NCBI GenBank assembly: GCA_021799485.1
Contig: JAJZAK010000008.1
Coordinates: 5,569 to 69,568 of the forward strand
Source: a bacterium
GTDB lineage: Bacteria > Elusimicrobiota > Elusimicrobia > UBA1565 > UBA9628
Direction of reading: 5' to 3'
Length of the DNA: 64,000 nt
Positions 60,509 to 64,000 of the stretch are shown in pieces. The notes under the pieces were generated by a model. It saw only the letters and a list, made by a program, of their open reading frames with translations, made no database searches and was not told the origin of the DNA. Position numbers and translations under genes: made by a program. Numbering within the stretch: position 1 is the first letter of the stretch; each line of letters opens with the position of its first letter.

Positions 60509-61029
60509 CCTCGGCCGCGACCTATCTGCTCGATGCAAACGTTTTTATGCAGGCCAAGAACCTGCATTACGGACTCGATTTTTGCCCGGCTTTCTGGGAA
60601 TGGTTGATTAAGAACAACGCAGCTGGCCGCGTATTCAGTATCGAGAAAGTCAACGACGAGATTCAGGCTGGCAATGACGAATTATCGACCTGGGCGGCTC
60701 AACGTGGAGCCGGATTCTTCTTGCCGCCGGACCAGTCCTTGTTGTCGGTCTTGGCTCAAGTCAGTACCTGGGCAACGAACCATACTTGGGGGAACCAGCA
60801 ACGGTACTCCCAAGCCGCGATCAGCGCATTTCTTCAGGTAGCGGACTATTATATTGTTGCCCAGGCCCTCGCACATAAGCATGTCTTGGTTACGCACGAG
60901 GTTGCTGCTGCGACGATCAATAAAATCAAAATTCCCAACGCCTGCATCGCGCTCGGCATAAAGTGCATGACGCCCTATGAGATGCTTAGGCGAGAACGAG
61001 CGCGCTTCGTCCTTGGGACACATCCATAG
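60505..61029 (+). CDS. DUF4411-like (PIN-like) protein, 4-bp overlap with the ImmA-like gene
   Basis: N-terminal YLLDANVFMQAK acidic PIN-like motif. 174 aa. ATGA overlap. Confidence 0.5.
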   Translation: MTSAATYLLDANVFMQAKNLHYGLDFCPAFWEWLIKNNAAGRVFSIEKVNDEIQAGNDELSTWAAQRGAGFFLPPDQSLLSVLAQVSTWATNHTWGNQQRYSQAAISAFLQVADYYIVAQALAHKHVLVTHEVAAATINKIKIPNACIALGIKCMTPYEMLRRERARFVLGTHP

Positions 61030-62232
61030 TCAGGCCGCCATCTCCGCCACCCGCAGCGCGATGGGCCTCTCGACGGGGACAACGGTCCCGTTGACCGTGC
61101 CGTCCGACTTGCCGATCAGGCGCTCGAGGTGCTTGCCGTAGAGCACCGCGCTCGCTTCCTTGTGCCGCGGCGACAAGTGCCCGTAAACTTTTTCGACCAT
61201 CGACGGGCTCGTATGTCCGACGAGTGCCGCGATCGTCGCGAAGTCCATGCCACTCATCACCATGATGCTTATCGCCGTATGACGCAGGTCGTGCAACTTG
61301 AAGTTCGCGAGGCCCGCGCGCGCGACGACGTTCTTAAACGCCGTCCTCACGTCTCTGGAGGGGCCTGTCCCTTTGGGATTCGGGAAAAGCCAGGGGCATC
61401 CCATCTCCTTGGCGCGGTCGGCGGCCGCGTCGAGGATCTCGCAGGCGAGACGCGGAATCGGGATCCAATCAGGCGAGCCTTCCTTCGTTTTCTCAAAGAA
61501 CACGTATCCGTTCCTGCGGTCGTAGTTCTCCACGCGTAAACTCAAGACCTCGGTCCGCCGACGACCGATGAAAAGGAGAAGGCGTAGTGCGAGGCGTGAG
61601 CCCTCGAGCTTGAGCGTCTTGAGCGCGTCGAGGAAGTGGTGGAGCTCGTCGTCGATGAGGTGGCGTTTGCGTGTGCGTGCCTTTTCGCTCCTGCGTTTGA
61701 AGCGCGGGGCAGGGTGGAGTGGCAGGATGCCCCACTCGACGGCGCACGCGAGCATGCAGCGGATAACTGAAATTTCACGGTTCACGGAAGAACTCTGGAC
61801 CGTCCGCGCTGTGTTCTTCCGCCACTCCGTGGCGCGCTTCGAGTTGGCCAGCTCGCCGCGGAAGGGAGAGAGAATCTTCTCGCTTTCGCGCATCCCTCGG
61901 TAGCGGGAAAGCAAGCCGTTCGTGATCTGCGTCAGGCGCACGTTGCCTGACCACGCCCGGAACCGCTTCAGGTATCGCTCGACGTGACCGCGATAGGCGA
62001 GCGGATTGACATGCTCCCTCATGAATCTAGGCGTGAACTCGTCCAGGGTTGGGGCCTTGGTCGCGATGCCCAACTTGCCCAAGTTAAGCTCGGTCCGAAT
62101 TTGCGCCGCGAGAGCATCGGCATGCCGCCTCGTGCCAGCCTTCTTCTTGATTTTGACCTTTCGTGCGGGGTCCCAAACGTTCGCGTACCATGTCGTTGTT
62201 CCCGGCCTCTTCCAGATATCCGATTTTGCCAT
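61030..62232 (-). CDS. int: tyrosine-type phage integrase
   Basis: C-terminal catalytic region LHDLRHTAISIMV...GHTSPSMVEKVYGHL (R-H-R-Y family). Confidence 0.85.
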   Translation of the reverse strand: MAKSDIWKRPGTTTWYANVWDPARKVKIKKKAGTRRHADALAAQIRTELNLGKLGIATKAPTLDEFTPRFMREHVNPLAYRGHVERYLKRFRAWSGNVRLTQITNGLLSRYRGMRESEKILSPFRGELANSKRATEWRKNTARTVQSSSVNREISVIRCMLACAVEWGILPLHPAPRFKRRSEKARTRKRHLIDDELHHFLDALKTLKLEGSRLALRLLLFIGRRRTEVLSLRVENYDRRNGYVFFEKTKEGSPDWIPIPRLACEILDAAADRAKEMGCPWLFPNPKGTGPSRDVRTAFKNVVARAGLANFKLHDLRHTAISIMVMSGMDFATIAALVGHTSPSMVEKVYGHLSPRHKEASAVLYGKHLERLIGKSDGTVNGTVVPVERPIALRVAEMAA

Positions 62233-62311
62233 CGCATCCTCCTGTTATCGTCTCGTTTTGATACGCATGACACGCAAGGTTGGCCAGTCCACCAGATCCC
62301 GCCTTGCGTGG

Positions 62312-62524
62312 TCAAGCCTCATCCCGTGTCGTCCCACGGCGACGTTCGACCGTCTCGACGTTGAACTGGTCGAGCCACGACGCCATCTTTCCCTCGTCGA
62401 ACAGCAGTCTTCCTCCAACCTTCATGTGAGGAACCTTCTTCCTGGAGGCCCAGTTGTATAGCGTGCGGGGTGACAGACGCGTCATCTCGGCCGCCTCAGC
62501 CACGGTCAGAAGTTTTCGTGCCAT
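62312..62524 (-). CDS. xis: AlpA/excisionase-like HTH DNA-binding protein
   Basis: LLTVAEAAEMTRLSPRTLYNWASRKKVPHMKVGGRLLF is a typical phage Xis/AlpA HTH. The start is probably MARKLL. Confidence 0.5.
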   Translation of the reverse strand: MARKLLTVAEAAEMTRLSPRTLYNWASRKKVPHMKVGGRLLFDEGKMASWLDQFNVETVERRRGTTRDEA

Positions 62525-63614
62525 CGCTTTTCCTCCTATCGTTGTGCGTGCGGAAACGGCAGGCGTCGGAACAGAACGAGGCCCACGGTTTCTTCGGCGT
62601 GAAAACGGCACCGCAGCGGTGACACGCCCGGGGACGCACGATCGCGCGGGCGGACGTCTTGGGCGCGTGTCCTGGTCGGGTCATGTCCTGGTCGACGGGC
62701 GTGGACGCGGTGTTCGTGGGTGACGGTGTCGACGTGGACGTGGACGATGTCGTCATGTGCTGGCCGAACTCGACATTCGCGAGAGCGGCGCGTGCCTGCT
62801 CGACGTACTCGTGGTTGAGGTCCGAGCCCACGAAATGACGTCCGAGGGTCTTGGCGGCGATGAGTGTCGTCCCCGATCCACAAAACGTGTCCATGACGAC
62901 GTCACCTTCTTTTGTCGCGTACGAAACCAACCACTCGGCGACGAGCGATGACATGCGCGCGGGGTGCGTCGAAACTTGGTCCTGCGTTTTGTGGATGACG
63001 AGTACGTCGGCGTCCTGACCCAGGAGCAGGGACATCGCGTCCTTCGCGGACATGCGGCGAAGACGCTCGAGGGCTGGTGCGATCACGTCACCAGGGTCCG
63101 CGCCGTTGACCGCGTACTTCGGCCTCTTGTCGATGCCCGACCAGTAACTCGGCCTGCGCACACCGTCCTTGTTCACGATGTACGCCCTCGGGTCCAGGAC
63201 CGCGTGCCAGACCGTCTCCGTCATGCGTCGGAGGGTCTTGTCGTCGTTCTGCGGATGCGCATTCGATTTCAGGATCGTGAGTTGCTGGACGATGTGGAAG
63301 CCACGTTCGACGAGGGTCTGTGGGAGGAGCCACGCCGTCGGCGATAGGGCGCCGTCGATCGTCTGCGGCATGAAATTCAGGAAGATGTGGCCCGTCGGCT
63401 TCTTCAACACGCGTTTCCACTCGTCGATCACAGGGATCATGTGCTTGATGAAATCTGCGCCCGCGAATTGTCCGAGGTCCACGGGGTCGTCCGAATACTT
63501 GCGCATTCGCTCGAACGGCGGGCTCGTGATGATCGCGTCGATGCTCGCGTCCGGCACGCGGGGGAGGTGCGCGGCGTCGGCCACTACGACTTGGTTGAGC
63601 CAGTTCGTCGTCAC
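62496..63614 (-). CDS. DNA methyltransferase (N6-adenine/N4-cytosine, beta class) with a C-terminal Thr/Ser-rich linker and zinc ribbon
   Basis: IDAIITSPPF (motif IV) upstream of THPARMSS...DVVMDTFCGSGTT (motif I), i.e. PF01555-like order. C-terminal CHRCG...CSDAC. Confidence 0.8.
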   Translation of the reverse strand: MTTNWLNQVVVADAAHLPRVPDASIDAIITSPPFERMRKYSDDPVDLGQFAGADFIKHMIPVIDEWKRVLKKPTGHIFLNFMPQTIDGALSPTAWLLPQTLVERGFHIVQQLTILKSNAHPQNDDKTLRRMTETVWHAVLDPRAYIVNKDGVRRPSYWSGIDKRPKYAVNGADPGDVIAPALERLRRMSAKDAMSLLLGQDADVLVIHKTQDQVSTHPARMSSLVAEWLVSYATKEGDVVMDTFCGSGTTLIAAKTLGRHFVGSDLNHEYVEQARAALANVEFGQHMTTSSTSTSTPSPTNTASTPVDQDMTRPGHAPKTSARAIVRPRACHRCGAVFTPKKPWASFCSDACRFRTHNDRRKSDGTKTSDRG

Positions 63615-64000
63615 GCGTGCGCAACCCCCAGTGTCGACGCGACTGTGCGTATGCGCTCCGTTGCCTTGGCGGCATAGTCAGGCGAGAGTTCGCTGCCGAT
63701 CCATCGGCGGCCAAGACGTTCGCAGACGACGGGGATCGTCCCGCTGCCCGTGAACGGGTCGTATACTCGTTCCCCTGGGAAGGTGAGCAACCGCACGAGG
63801 CGGCCTGCGAGTTCTTCGGGAAAGGGCGCCGGGTGCCACGGGATCGCGGTTTCGGGCTTGATCTGCCAGACCGAGCTCGTCGCGGCCATGAACTCGTCGC
63901 GCGAGATGTCGGACTTGCCGCGTCTGTCGCCGTCCTTGCGAAAGATGAGCACGTACTCGTGCCGGACGCGAACGCGCGGCTTGTTCGCCGAGCACCAGCT
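63611..64000 (-). CDS. second DNA methyltransferase (N6/N4 type), 5' end outside the window
   Basis: HEYVLIFRK...WHPAPFPEEL...RVYDPFTGSGT is the C-terminal catalytic half of the same family. The reading frame is open to the window edge. 4-bp overlap with the downstream methyltransferase. Confidence 0.6.
   Translation of the reverse strand, partial: SWCSANKPRVRVRHEYVLIFRKDGDRRGKSDISRDEFMAATSSVWQIKPETAIPWHPAPFPEELAGRLVRLLTFPGERVYDPFTGSGTIPVVCERLGRRWIGSELSPDYAAKATERIRTVASTLGVAHA

Larger units (their letters stand above)
48614..64000. mobile_element. accessory / defence island with integrase and excisionase, bounded on the left by tRNA-Leu and continuing past the window end
   Basis: All genes right of the tRNA are non-housekeeping: defence-type helicase pair, cyclase, a predicted toxin-antitoxin/defence-type pair, integrase, xis and methylases. 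A lower-GC patch at 48.8-50.0 kb. Internal repeats. Confidence 0.5.

Overview
High-GC (about 65-70%) bacterial chromosomal window, probably diderm (outer-membrane beta-barrel protein, lipoproteins). Most of it is densely packed housekeeping genes: glpK, typA, rplM-rpsI, topA, dprA, xerC/D, dnaA-dnaN-gyrB-gyrA with DnaA-box-rich intergenic regions (probable oriC), serS, tmk-holB-metG, psd-pssA and tRNA-Leu(UAA). Two regions stand out. (1) At 12.3-19.6 kb there is a compact same-strand bacterial microcompartment (BMC) locus: two BMC-H, one tandem BMC-T and three BMC-P shell genes interleaved with PduL, a PduP-type acylating aldehyde dehydrogenase, a class I deoxyribose-phosphate aldolase (DERA) carrying an N-terminal extension, RpiB and triosephosphate isomerase, plus two small unknown proteins. 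This fits an experimentally uncharacterised sugar-phosphate-utilising (SPU-like) metabolosome. (2) From the tRNA-Leu at 48.5 kb to the window end there is an accessory/defence island on the minus strand. It holds a DruH/DruE-like pair (707-aa unknown protein plus 1626-aa SF2 helicase with zinc ribbons and a DUF1998/MZB-like C-terminus), a DUF429 nuclease-like gene, a class III nucleotide cyclase with a Cys-rich N-domain, an HTH-ImmA/IrrE peptidase plus DUF4411 (PIN-like) pair, a tyrosine integrase, an AlpA-like excisionase, two tandem N6/N4 DNA methyltransferases, shared palindromic upstream elements and tRNA-fragment-like repeats. Many long antisense ORFs in the track are GC-driven artefacts. 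All functional calls rest on by-eye motif recognition; no database search was possible.
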